DNA from: Verrucomicrobiota bacterium
GTDB taxonomy: Bacteria; Verrucomicrobiota; Verrucomicrobiia; Chthoniobacterales; JAFAMB01
Direction: 5' to 3'
Length of the DNA: 64,000 nucleotides
Assembly: GCA_019239825.1 (NCBI GenBank)
Contig: JAFAZK010000156.1
Coordinates: forward strand, 3,080 to 67,079
Shown here: positions 1 through 8,276 of the stretch, one piece after another
Numbering within the stretch: position 1 is the stretch's first letter
Layout of the letters: the number at the start of each line of letters is the position of its first letter
Notes under the pieces: generated by a model
Told to the model about the DNA's origin: nothing
Database searches by the model: none
What the model saw: the letters and a program-made list of their open reading frames with translations, nothing else
Translations under genes and position numbers: made by a program

Positions 1-421
1 CAGCAGCTTCAACAAAACGGCTGCCCCTCATCACTGATCGCCAGACATTAGCGGGAGTCAATGGCGCCAGAGTCTCGGTCATCCGAACTTCCAACTGAGA
101 CGCAGCCAAGCCGCGATTATCGATGCCAATAAACGTTGCTGCGGCGGTCGGCGGGGCGTTTTAGCTTCCATTCACCGTCAATCTCCAGCGCATAGCCCTA
201 GCATCCAATGCCGAGCATAATCTAACGGTTCAGCACGGCCTCGGTTTGTCCCCGATCGTGCATATGCAACGGCCTGATCTGTGGAAAAGTCGAAGGCTGC
301 GACGCCAGCTGCTTTCTGTTCAAAAGGTGCTCGATGCAGAGACCGCGACAGTTCAGCCGATACCTACTGGGCAGACCAGGTTGGGGTAGCCGCAGACCAC
401 GCGAATATCGAACGGCTGAAG

Positions 422-541
422 GGAGCCGAGGATAGGGACAGGTCAATAATCTCGCAGTTCCGGACTTAGCCATAGATTCTTTGTTAGTGGGCAGCTTGCT
501 CTCTCTGAAGAATAAATGACCTGTCCCTATCTTCGACTCTT
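422..541. repeat. MITE-like dispersed repeat, copy 1 (about 120 bp with terminal inverted repeats)
   Basis: Near-identical to 3058-3180. Ends are inverted repeats GATAGGGACAGGTCA (431-445) and TGACCTGTCCCTATC (517-531). It contains only short shadow ORFs. Confidence 0.8.
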
Positions 542-566
542 TCCGGGGATTGGCAGAGGTGCAAGA

Positions 567-1235
567 TCAAGGTGTTGTGGACGTGGTCATGATGAGAATG
601 GCCCGGAGAAATGATGTCATCTCGGTTTCAAAATCCACGAGCAGGTGGCGATGTGGCGGCTCTTCGAGCAACATTTTCGACTCTCTACGAGGAAAGCAAA
701 AGGTCCAGAGTCCCGGCACGTGCAGGAAAATATGAAGCGTTGGCTGCAACGTTTTCTCCGGCGCCGTTCCCAAAGCCGCTGCTAACGCGGTCGCAAGCCG
801 CTTGCGCCGTTCCAAGAAAACCGTTCGAAAATTCACGACTAACTCTGGCGTCAACCGCCTTTCCAGAACGGAATTCACTACTGTAATTAACTCTCCATAT
901 TCGGGCGAGGCGAGGTATGCCGCGATCAGCGCATCCGCGACTTTCGCCACGGTTCGCTTGCCCTTGAGGTTTTCTAGTTCGGTATAGATCCGTTCCTCGA
1001 ATTGCGCCGCTAGCCGTTGCAAAACGACTAGGTAGATGTGCTCCCGACTTTCGAAGTATCGATAGATGTTGGATTTCGCCAACCCAACCTCGCGCGCGAT
1101 ATCGTTGAGGCTAACGTTTTCCAACCCTCTAAGCTGAAACAAGAGTAAGGCGGCTTGCAGGATCGCCTCGCGCCGCTGCTCGATCTGGGCTGGCTGGCGG
1201 GCGCGCTGGAATTCGGGGTGGTCGCGCTTGGACAT
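567..1235 (-). CDS. TetR/AcrR family transcriptional regulator
   Basis: N-terminal HTH region ...AALLLFQLRGLENVSLNDIAREVGLAKSNIYRYFESRE... is typical of TetR. ATG at 1235; the ORF extends to a GTG at 1262. It is divergent from an SDR gene, with a palindromic operator between them. Confidence 0.9.
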   Translation of the reverse strand: MSKRDHPEFQRARQPAQIEQRREAILQAALLLFQLRGLENVSLNDIAREVGLAKSNIYRYFESREHIYLVVLQRLAAQFEERIYTELENLKGKRTVAKVADALIAAYLASPEYGELITVVNSVLERRLTPELVVNFRTVFLERRKRLATALAAALGTAPEKTLQPTLHIFLHVPGLWTFCFPRRESKMLLEEPPHRHLLVDFETEMTSFLRAILIMTTSTTP

Positions 1236-1268
1236 GGACCAGTCTCTTATATTTTGGTTCACTTGACA

Positions 1269-1305
1269 AGAGACCGTTAGTCTCTTAGTAAGAGACTAAC
1301 GGTCT
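1269..1305. promoter_or_regulatory. Putative TetR operator: two 17-bp palindromic half-sites
   Basis: AGAGACCGTTAGTCTCT (1269-1285) and AGAGACTAACGGTCTTT (1291-1305) are reverse complements of each other (16/17). Each contains an internal GAGAC...GTCTC palindrome. A TTGACA hexamer (1263-1268) abuts the site in the divergent intergenic region. Confidence 0.6.
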
Positions 1306-1310
1306 TTTAT

Positions 1311-2096
1311 ATGGGGCCCCAACAAAAGATCTTTATGACTTCTCCTTCCTCATACTTTCAAGTCGTCCTTATCACTGGCGCACTCGCGGGCATTGGCCGC
1401 GCTACTGCCTTTGCCTTCGCCCACGCTGGTGCCAAAGTCGTCATTTCTGGCCGTCGACCCGAGGCGGGGGCGAAGCTCGCTGACGAGATTCGCGCTCTCG
1501 GAACCGAAGCCGAGTTCATCCAAGCCGATGTTAGCCACGAAGACGACGTGCGCCGGCTGGTCGATGGCGTTGTGGCCCGCTTCGGGCGCCTCGACGTAGC
1601 CGTGAATAACGCCGGGTTCGAAGGTAAGCCCGGTCCCATTATGGAGCTTACACCGGAGTCATACGCGGCGGTTTTCGACACCAACGTCCTGGGCGTCCTG
1701 CTCAGCATGAAGCACGAACTCCGGGTCATGGCGGGACAAAAAAGCGGCAGCATCATTAATCTCTCCTCGACATTTGGGCGCATTGGCGGTCCTAACGTCG
1801 CACTCTACGTGGCCAGCAAGCACGCGGTCGAGGGCCTCACCAAGTCCGCTGCGCTTGAGGGTGCGCCACTCGGTATCCGGGTCAATGTTGTTGCACCCGG
1901 GCCAGTCGAGACGGGGATGCTCACGCGCTTAGCAGGCTCGGCGGCGGGCAAAGAGAAATTCGCTCAAGGCGTGCCGCTCAAGCGTCTGGGTAGGCCCGAG
2001 GAAATAGCAGCCGCGATCGTCTTCGTCGCGTCTCCGCAGGCTTCTTTTATCAGCGGCGCCTCGATCCCGGTCAATGGCGGCAAAGCCGCCCTGTAA
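1311..2096 (+). CDS. SDR family oxidoreductase (short-chain dehydrogenase/reductase)
   Basis: Rossmann motif TGALAGIGRATA, NNAG motif, and catalytic YVASKHAV (YxxxK). Alternative ATG at 1335. Confidence 0.9.
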   Translation: MGPQQKIFMTSPSSYFQVVLITGALAGIGRATAFAFAHAGAKVVISGRRPEAGAKLADEIRALGTEAEFIQADVSHEDDVRRLVDGVVARFGRLDVAVNNAGFEGKPGPIMELTPESYAAVFDTNVLGVLLSMKHELRVMAGQKSGSIINLSSTFGRIGGPNVALYVASKHAVEGLTKSAALEGAPLGIRVNVVAPGPVETGMLTRLAGSAAGKEKFAQGVPLKRLGRPEEIAAAIVFVASPQASFISGASIPVNGGKAAL

Positions 2097-2141
2097 GACA
2101 CAGTCACCTCACCTAAAAATCAAAACCGAAAGGACTCCTAT

Positions 2142-2900
2142 ATGAGTACTACGACCATTATCCAGAAACTTACCGGCAAAGTTGCCCTCGTCACAGGCGG
2201 CGCACGTGGCATCGGCGCGGCTATCGTAAAACGCCTTGCCGCAGACGGCGCCACGGTCGCCTTCACTTATAATAAATCCGCTGACGCCGCTGCGGCCATC
2301 GTTAAAGGCATCGAGAAAGCGGGTGGTCGGGGCCTGGCTCTCCAAGCCGACGCCTCGGACGCCTCCGCCGCCCAGAACGCCGTCGAGCAGACTGTCCGAG
2401 AGTTTGGGCGCCTTGACATCCTTGTAAACAACGCTGGAACCGCAATCCCGAAGGCGTTTGAGGAAGCAACGATCGAGGAACTCGACACCATCCTCAACCT
2501 CAATATCCGCGGTGTCTTTGTCACTACGCAAGCTGCCTTGAAGCACTTGGGGGCTGGTGGACGCATCATCAACATCGGCTCCGCTGTCGGTGAACGTGCT
2601 TCTGCACCCGGCTTGGCTCCTTACGCTGCGACCAAAGGAGCCGTAAAAATGTTCACGCAAGGATTAGCTCGTGAAATCGGCTCTCGGGGCATTACGGTCA
2701 ACAACGTGCAACCGGGTTCCACCGACACAGACTTAAATCCCGCTTCAGGCGACTGGGCTGTCCCACAGATCGCTAACACCGCACTCGGGCGCTACGGAAA
2801 ACCTGAGGAAATCGCCGCAATGGTCGCGTTCGTCGCCAGCCCGGAGGCCGCCTATATAACCGGCGCCAACCTGACGGTCGACGGCGGTACGAACGCGTAA
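2142..2900 (+). CDS. SDR family oxidoreductase (3-oxoacyl-ACP reductase-like)
   Basis: VTGGARGIGAAI glycine motif, NNAG, and YAATKGAV (YxxxK). 252 aa, a typical classical SDR length. Confidence 0.9.
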   Translation: MSTTTIIQKLTGKVALVTGGARGIGAAIVKRLAADGATVAFTYNKSADAAAAIVKGIEKAGGRGLALQADASDASAAQNAVEQTVREFGRLDILVNNAGTAIPKAFEEATIEELDTILNLNIRGVFVTTQAALKHLGAGGRIINIGSAVGERASAPGLAPYAATKGAVKMFTQGLAREIGSRGITVNNVQPGSTDTDLNPASGDWAVPQIANTALGRYGKPEEIAAMVAFVASPEAAYITGANLTVDGGTNA

Positions 2901-3057
2901 ACCTCGTCCGCAATCCGTAGGAGGAAAGCGACCGAGAGCTGCACCAAAATGGTGCCAGCCAGGAACTCGAACGACGAAGGCGAACCGAGGACTGACTCTC
3001 CCGACTAACCTCGCGGAGGCCAAAAATGAGACGGTCGCATGGATTTCAAGGCGTTTA

Positions 3058-3180
3058 GGAGCCGAAGATAGGGACAGGTCAATAATCTCGCAGTTCCGGA
3101 CCTAGCCATAGATTCTTTGTTAGTGGGGCAGCTTGCTCTCTCCGAAGAATAAATGACCTGTCCCTATCTTTCGACTCCTT
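3058..3180. repeat. MITE-like dispersed repeat, copy 2
   Basis: Same orientation and near-identical sequence to 422-541. TIRs at 3067-3081 and 3154-3168. Differs from copy 1 by a few substitutions and 1-nt indels. Confidence 0.8.
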
Positions 3181-3461
3181 GGAAAGACCGTGGTCGCAGC
3201 CTGGCTAATAGCCCAACGTACTACAAGAAGAACGCGAGAAAACGACCTGATCAGCTGTAGAACACACCTTTAACCTACAGGGTAAAGAGGGCGAGTAGGA
3301 AAGTGCAGGAAAACGTGTGGTGCAACTTTGTGCTTCCGTGTGCAAGATCGGGCAAAATAGTGCATTTCTGTATTCACCGGGTTGTAGGTTCGATTCCTTC
3401 ACGGTGCAGATCAAGTCTAGAAGCCGATTGGCTGGCAACGTTTGAAGCCTTAGTCACGGCA

Positions 3462-3926
3462 CTATTCGTGACGCTTCATACCAAAGGTCTTTGGGCTATG
3501 AGCTTTCAAATCGGAGTACAAATCCAAATCTCCCAAAACGGATTTGCGAACGGCTCGCGGTTGGGACTTGAGGACAGAGGAGAAGAAATCATCTCCCAAT
3601 CCGCTTAAGAGGAGCGATAGAGTATTGGCATGTTCTTCTCCTGCCTCGCCATCCATCGGCGAGAATGACATTAGAGTGGACAACGCACTCCGGTCCTTAT
3701 AGGTCGCCGCTACGACCAATGCACCATAGTCTGCCTTGTAATCCCTTCGCGCAGAGTCAGCGGCTTCAGATGTCCCGGCCGCAAGTGGTTTTCCGTAGAA
3801 ATTGCGCAGCCGTTGGAGGTCCTTTTCTCCGTATTGAAGCGGCCGGCCGAAGTCACTATCAGCAGCCGAGGCACAGCCGCTCAGAATGGCCACCCAAATA
3901 ACTAAGGGTAGGATGTAGCGCGGCAT
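3462..3926 (-). CDS. Hypothetical lipoprotein
   Basis: From the ATG at 3926 the N-terminus MPRYILPLVIWVAILSGCAS has a signal peptide plus a lipobox (LSGC). No recognisable family. The longest ORF extends to 4004. Confidence 0.55.
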   Translation of the reverse strand: MPRYILPLVIWVAILSGCASAADSDFGRPLQYGEKDLQRLRNFYGKPLAAGTSEAADSARRDYKADYGALVVAATYKDRSALSTLMSFSPMDGEAGEEHANTLSLLLSGLGDDFFSSVLKSQPRAVRKSVLGDLDLYSDLKAHSPKTFGMKRHE

Positions 3927-4136
3927 TGAGCACCCCCTTATAGAATCCCACCACGCGCTTGGCAAGTATAGTCCTTCTGACGTGCCGCGCAGGTTCCTGG
4001 CCACTGCGCGCTATAGAAAGTGTCGGGAACTGGTTCCGACACAAACGGCGGCAGCTTAAACAACTTCACTAAGGAACCACCTTAGAGATGTTTGGCCGCT
4101 TTGTCCGGACGGCAATCATTGGGATCCCTCTTTTGT

Positions 4137-4961
4137 TTAAAATTTCTCGGGAACGAAACGGTAAGGATAGTCTGGCTCGGCATATCCTTTCGCGTTTTGT
4201 CTGGGGGGAAGAGTCACCGTTGCGCGCTCTGTCTCGGTGTAGGGAATAATGCTAAGAAAGTGCGCGATGCAATTTAGTCGTGCACGCCGTTTATTGTCTG
4301 CCTTAACCACATACCACGGCGACTCGGGAGTATCCGTCGCCGCGAACATTGCGTCTCTAGCTCGCGAATAGTCATACCAGCGGCGATGCGACTCGAGATC
4401 CATCTCGCTGAGCTTCCAAAGCTTTCGCGGGTCGTTGATCCGCTCCAAGAAGCGGCGGGTCTGTTCTTCCCGACCTATTTCGAACCAGTATTTGATCAGG
4501 GTGAGTCCATCCTCAACCATATCTCGCTCCCAAGCCGGACATACCTTTAGGAATCGCTCGTATTCCGCATTCGTACAGAAACCCATCACTCTCTCCACTC
4601 CAGCCCGGTTATACCAACTGCGGTCGAACAGGACGATTTCGCCTGCCGCCGGAAAATGCTGAAAATACCTCTGAAAGTATATTTGAGTTCGCTCCCGCTC
4701 GGATGGGGCCGGTAAAGCAACCACCCGAAAAACGCGAGGGCTCACTCGCTCGGTGATGCGTTTGATGACCCCGCCTTTTCCCGCTCCATCCCGGCCCTCA
4801 AAGAGAACGACGATCCGAGCTCCGGCCTGTTTGACCCAAAACTGCAACTGGACTAGCTCCGCATGAAACTTCGCGATCTGTTCCTCATATTCCTTGCGTT
4901 TGAGCTTCGACTGAGGTTTCGAGTCGTGCACTGCAATCCTCTGCTTTTGAGTCATAGCCAT
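4137..4961 (-). CDS. ppk2: Polyphosphate kinase 2 (single-domain PPK2)
   Basis: PPK2 signature VVLFEGRDGAGKGG (Walker A-like) and FDRSWYNRAGVERVMGF. 274 aa. Confidence 0.9.
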   Translation of the reverse strand: MAMTQKQRIAVHDSKPQSKLKRKEYEEQIAKFHAELVQLQFWVKQAGARIVVLFEGRDGAGKGGVIKRITERVSPRVFRVVALPAPSERERTQIYFQRYFQHFPAAGEIVLFDRSWYNRAGVERVMGFCTNAEYERFLKVCPAWERDMVEDGLTLIKYWFEIGREEQTRRFLERINDPRKLWKLSEMDLESHRRWYDYSRARDAMFAATDTPESPWYVVKADNKRRARLNCIAHFLSIIPYTETERATVTLPPRQNAKGYAEPDYPYRFVPEKF

Positions 4962-5014
4962 TGAACCTTCTGGGTGCTTTACTTTCTAGTTTTGTTTCAC
5001 CGCTACTCCGGTAC

Positions 5015-6730
5015 TTAAGTCGGTGCTGAAGTATCAATTGGAAGCGGCCCGGTAACTCTTTGGTTAGGTAGCTCCTGTGCAACTCTGGCTATTTGGCGGG
5101 CGAGATGCCCAATCTGCTTAGATTGCTCAATCATGTCCATGGCCAGACTAAAACTCGCTACATCTTTTTTTTCCGAAAGCTCAAGCTTGGCGAAAACGCT
5201 TGCCCGAGCCAATTCCGCCAGTTCTTGGATTTGCGCCTTAGCTGCCAGCACCTTTTCTGCGTTATCCCGGTGCGCCGAATCAATGGCAGCGATCGACTGT
5301 TGCAATGTTTGAAACACTGCCTCAGTGAAGGCAGATGTGCGCTCGTCCCTCAACCTCGCCAAATCGATTCCCGCAGCCAACCTTTGACGACCTCGCGAAG
5401 CGAGATTGGTGGTGATGACGTCGCTCAGGGACTCCAGGGTGCTTGCTATTTGCGCCAGACCAATCATCTCTCGGGCTTGAATCTTAGTGTGTTCCAACTG
5501 AGACAATCTTCCGAGATAAATGAGAATAGAAGATTCGAGTCTATCTATCCGGCTGTTCCGGTTAACCAGGGCGTCCAGATCCTGTTTCCCGCCTTCGACG
5601 AACACGCTTCGGGCGCGTTGAACCATCTCCACGATAAATTGACCTAAGCGGCCTAATTCCAAGTAAACTCGTTGAACGCCCAGCGACGGCGCGGTTAATC
5701 CTGATTCGTCGAGGTAGATTGGTTCAAAATCGTCTGCGACTTTTCGGCGACGCGAAGGGACGATCATCTGGGCAATTTTGGCCACTGGTCCGGTAAACCA
5801 GATCAAGACAAACGTGGTCGCGACGCTGAAAAGAGTATGAGCGTTAGCGAGTTGCCGCGGAGTTTCCGCCGCCAAACGCGCAGCGCCCTCTAAGTCCGTT
5901 GCGCTCGGCGAAATATGCCGAACTAGCTCGGCTAACTGGGGAATAAAAAATACCCAGGCTATCACTCCAAAAACATTGAACAGCAGGTGCACGACTCCTA
6001 CCTGAAGCGCACCGGCCGATTTTCCAATCGCTGCTAACAGTGCCGTAACACAAGTGCCTACGTTTGCCCCGAAGATTAAAGCGATACCGGCTTCTAGAGG
6101 CATAAGGCCTTGACTGGCTATCGCAATCGCGATTGCGATCGTCGCTGCAGAACTTTGTACGATCGCGGTAAAAAAGGCGCCTAAAAGAATCCCCACCAAC
6201 GGATTCCGCATGTCCTGTATAACCTCGATGAACGGCTGGAAGCTCCTAAGTGGGCGGGTCCCGTCTCCCATGAATTGTATTCCAAGAAAGAGTAACCCAA
6301 AACCCAGGATCATGGTGCCAAGGTGACGAAAGGCTTCGCGGCGACCCAAGGAGCGAAGCAGGAATCCGACCGCCAGGATCACGGGCGTCGCGGCTGACAA
6401 ATTGAAGGCGATAATTTGCGCGGTAATGGTGGATCCGATATTGGCACCCATGATCAAAGGCACCGTCTGATTCAGCGTCATTAGACCGGCAGACACGAAA
6501 CCAACCATCAGGACAGTGGTGATCGTTGATGAGTTAAGGAGAGCGGTAACGAAAGCGCCCGCTAGCAGGCCGCGAAAACGACCGGCAGTAAGTTTACCCA
6601 ATGCCGTTTGCAGTCCCGGGCCAGCCACCGCTTTTAGACTAGCGGTCATTAATTCCAAGCCAAAAAGAAACAGGGCCAGCCCGCCAGCGATCAAAGCCAG
6701 CATTGGCAGCAGATCTAGCTCGTTAGACAT
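5015..6730 (-). CDS. Na/Pi cotransporter family protein with PhoU-like C-terminal region
   Basis: Duplicated GANIGSTIT / GANVGTCVT motifs in a polytopic N-terminal half, with a long helical C-terminal half as in NptA/YjbB-type proteins. 53 nt upstream of ppk2 on the same strand. Confidence 0.85.
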   Translation of the reverse strand: MSNELDLLPMLALIAGGLALFLFGLELMTASLKAVAGPGLQTALGKLTAGRFRGLLAGAFVTALLNSSTITTVLMVGFVSAGLMTLNQTVPLIMGANIGSTITAQIIAFNLSAATPVILAVGFLLRSLGRREAFRHLGTMILGFGLLFLGIQFMGDGTRPLRSFQPFIEVIQDMRNPLVGILLGAFFTAIVQSSAATIAIAIAIASQGLMPLEAGIALIFGANVGTCVTALLAAIGKSAGALQVGVVHLLFNVFGVIAWVFFIPQLAELVRHISPSATDLEGAARLAAETPRQLANAHTLFSVATTFVLIWFTGPVAKIAQMIVPSRRRKVADDFEPIYLDESGLTAPSLGVQRVYLELGRLGQFIVEMVQRARSVFVEGGKQDLDALVNRNSRIDRLESSILIYLGRLSQLEHTKIQAREMIGLAQIASTLESLSDVITTNLASRGRQRLAAGIDLARLRDERTSAFTEAVFQTLQQSIAAIDSAHRDNAEKVLAAKAQIQELAELARASVFAKLELSEKKDVASFSLAMDMIEQSKQIGHLARQIARVAQELPNQRVTGPLPIDTSAPT

Positions 6731-7022
6731 CAGGACTCGCGAAACATTGATTTCAGACCGTTGATCCTATACTGAAGTGGGCTTCCTCAGCGGCTTGAAC
6801 AGGGAGCATCGCACGACACGTTATTTGACCTTATTAATCCGCAACCCTTCCGCTATTGGACTTTAGTCACAGTTAGTCGCCCTGGTGGTCTTATCGGCGT
6901 GGGCTTCGGATGTCCCTATCAATTGCGGACAGGGAGATGGACATAGTAGGGACGAAGCCCAAATCGCGCGCGGTCGGGGGGTTTGCTAGACACCGGCAAT
7001 CAATGCTAATATTTTTGCTGTT

Positions 7023-8051
7023 GTGGCTACTCCTCCCATGGTCGTCGGCCTCGATGTTGGAGGCACCAAGACGAACGCGACTCTACTGGATTCCAAAGGG
7101 GTTTTCCTCATCAGCCGGATGGTAGAAACACCGAGCCGAGTATTGGAAGGCCCTGAAGCGGCGGTTGAAGCAATGGCTAAGGCAATTGAACTCGCCGTCG
7201 ATGGTGCGGGGGTGCATTGGGAGTCGGTGCAGGTGATTGGCCTCGATACGCCCGGGCCGGCCAGCGCTGACGGCGTCATCTCTTCCAAAGGAGGGACGAA
7301 CTTTTCCGGCAAAGAATGGTGGGGGTTCGATATCCGGGCCGCGGTTGAACTTTTTTTTAAACTACCCGTGGTTTACAACAACGACGCGAATGCCGCCGCT
7401 CTCTACGCCCATCAATGCTTCTTCGGCGGAGATTCGATGCGGCACTCGTCTGTGTCGGCAATCGTCGGTACCGGCCTCGGCGGCGGCGTTGTTGACTCCG
7501 GGCGCGTCATTCGCGGCTCTTGCGGCATGGCAGGTGAGTTGGGGCATATTCGAATTTCTCTGGAAGACTTGTTGCAGGACGATCAACCGATCCCGAAATG
7601 CAACTGTGGTCTTTACGGTGATCTGGAAAGCATAGCGTCCTTGACGGGCATTACGAACAATCTGCTCCCATATTGGTTGTCCAAATACCCAAACCACCCG
7701 TTGGCGAATTCTGAGTCGATGATCGCCGCAGGTAAAGCCGTGCGAGGCTACGCCGAGAACGGCGACGAGATGGCGCTCCGTATTTTCGAGCAACAAGCTA
7801 AGGCGATCGGGCGTCTGTTCAGCATTGCCGCCAATTTTACCGACCCTGACGCCTATTTCGTCGGAGGCGGTATCGTCGAGGCTGAACCGCATTTTCGCGA
7901 TTGGTGCATGGACATAGTTCGCGCGTCCACCGAACTGCGTGAGGAACAGCATCAGACCGTCCGGTTCGCGGTAGTTCCTGACCTCGACATGGCAGGAGCA
8001 CGTGGCTCAGCGCTGGCCGCTTTGCAAATGTTGCGAATCGCTGCAGGGTAA
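7023..8051 (+). CDS. ROK family sugar kinase (glucokinase-like)
   Basis: VVGLDVGGTKTNA phosphate-1 motif, GTGLGGG, GELGH, and a variant zinc motif CNCGLYGDLE. GTG at 7023; alternative ATG at 7038. Confidence 0.85.
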   Translation: MATPPMVVGLDVGGTKTNATLLDSKGVFLISRMVETPSRVLEGPEAAVEAMAKAIELAVDGAGVHWESVQVIGLDTPGPASADGVISSKGGTNFSGKEWWGFDIRAAVELFFKLPVVYNNDANAAALYAHQCFFGGDSMRHSSVSAIVGTGLGGGVVDSGRVIRGSCGMAGELGHIRISLEDLLQDDQPIPKCNCGLYGDLESIASLTGITNNLLPYWLSKYPNHPLANSESMIAAGKAVRGYAENGDEMALRIFEQQAKAIGRLFSIAANFTDPDAYFVGGGIVEAEPHFRDWCMDIVRASTELREEQHQTVRFAVVPDLDMAGARGSALAALQMLRIAAG

Positions 8052-8067
8052 CGCGATCGAGTTTAAA

Positions 8068-8196
8068 ATCCGCAGATTACACAGATTACCCTTGGGCTTA
8101 ATCATGTCTGCGAGCGTAAAAATGCCTGGTTAGGATTTCTTTTCGTTCTATGGCTAGGCCAAAACTCTAAAAACGAAATCTGCGTAATCTGCGGAT
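8068..8196. repeat. 129-bp element bounded by 21-bp inverted repeats
   Basis: ATCCGCAGATTACACAGATT (8068-8087) versus the reverse complement of AAATCTGCGTAATCTGCGGAT (8176-8196), about 20/21 matches. Lies between convergent genes. Confidence 0.65.
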
Positions 8197-8276
8197 ATCA
8201 ATCTCTGTAAGGCTTGTCCGAACAGACCTTCGTTACCTTCTGTAAGATATCTTCAGTCTTTGTGTCCTTTTCGGTT

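Noticed and set aside
222-473. ORFs 222-473 (-) and 281-469 (+) at the start of the window.
   Set aside because: They overlap each other, run into the MITE-like repeat and have no recognisable protein features. They are likely non-coding.
3375-3408. tRNA-like T-arm: GGTTCGATTCC (canonical T-loop sequence) within CACCGGGTTGTAGGTTCGATTCCTTCACGGTGCA, just downstream of MITE copy 2. Considered as a tRNA, tmRNA or att-site remnant.
   Set aside because: I could not build an acceptor stem, D-arm or anticodon arm from the upstream about 70 nt. The T-stem has a mismatch, and no complementary 5' end or tag-like reading frame for a tmRNA was found in 3181-3440. At most it is a decayed tRNA 3' fragment. 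tRNAscan/ARAGORN would settle it.
4022-4040. Hairpin GTCGGGAAC-TG-GTTCCGAC downstream of ppk2 (minus strand), considered as an intrinsic terminator.
   Set aside because: The stem is short with a wobble or bulge, and the trailing T-tract on the minus strand (ACTTTCTAT) is weak. That is not enough to call a terminator.
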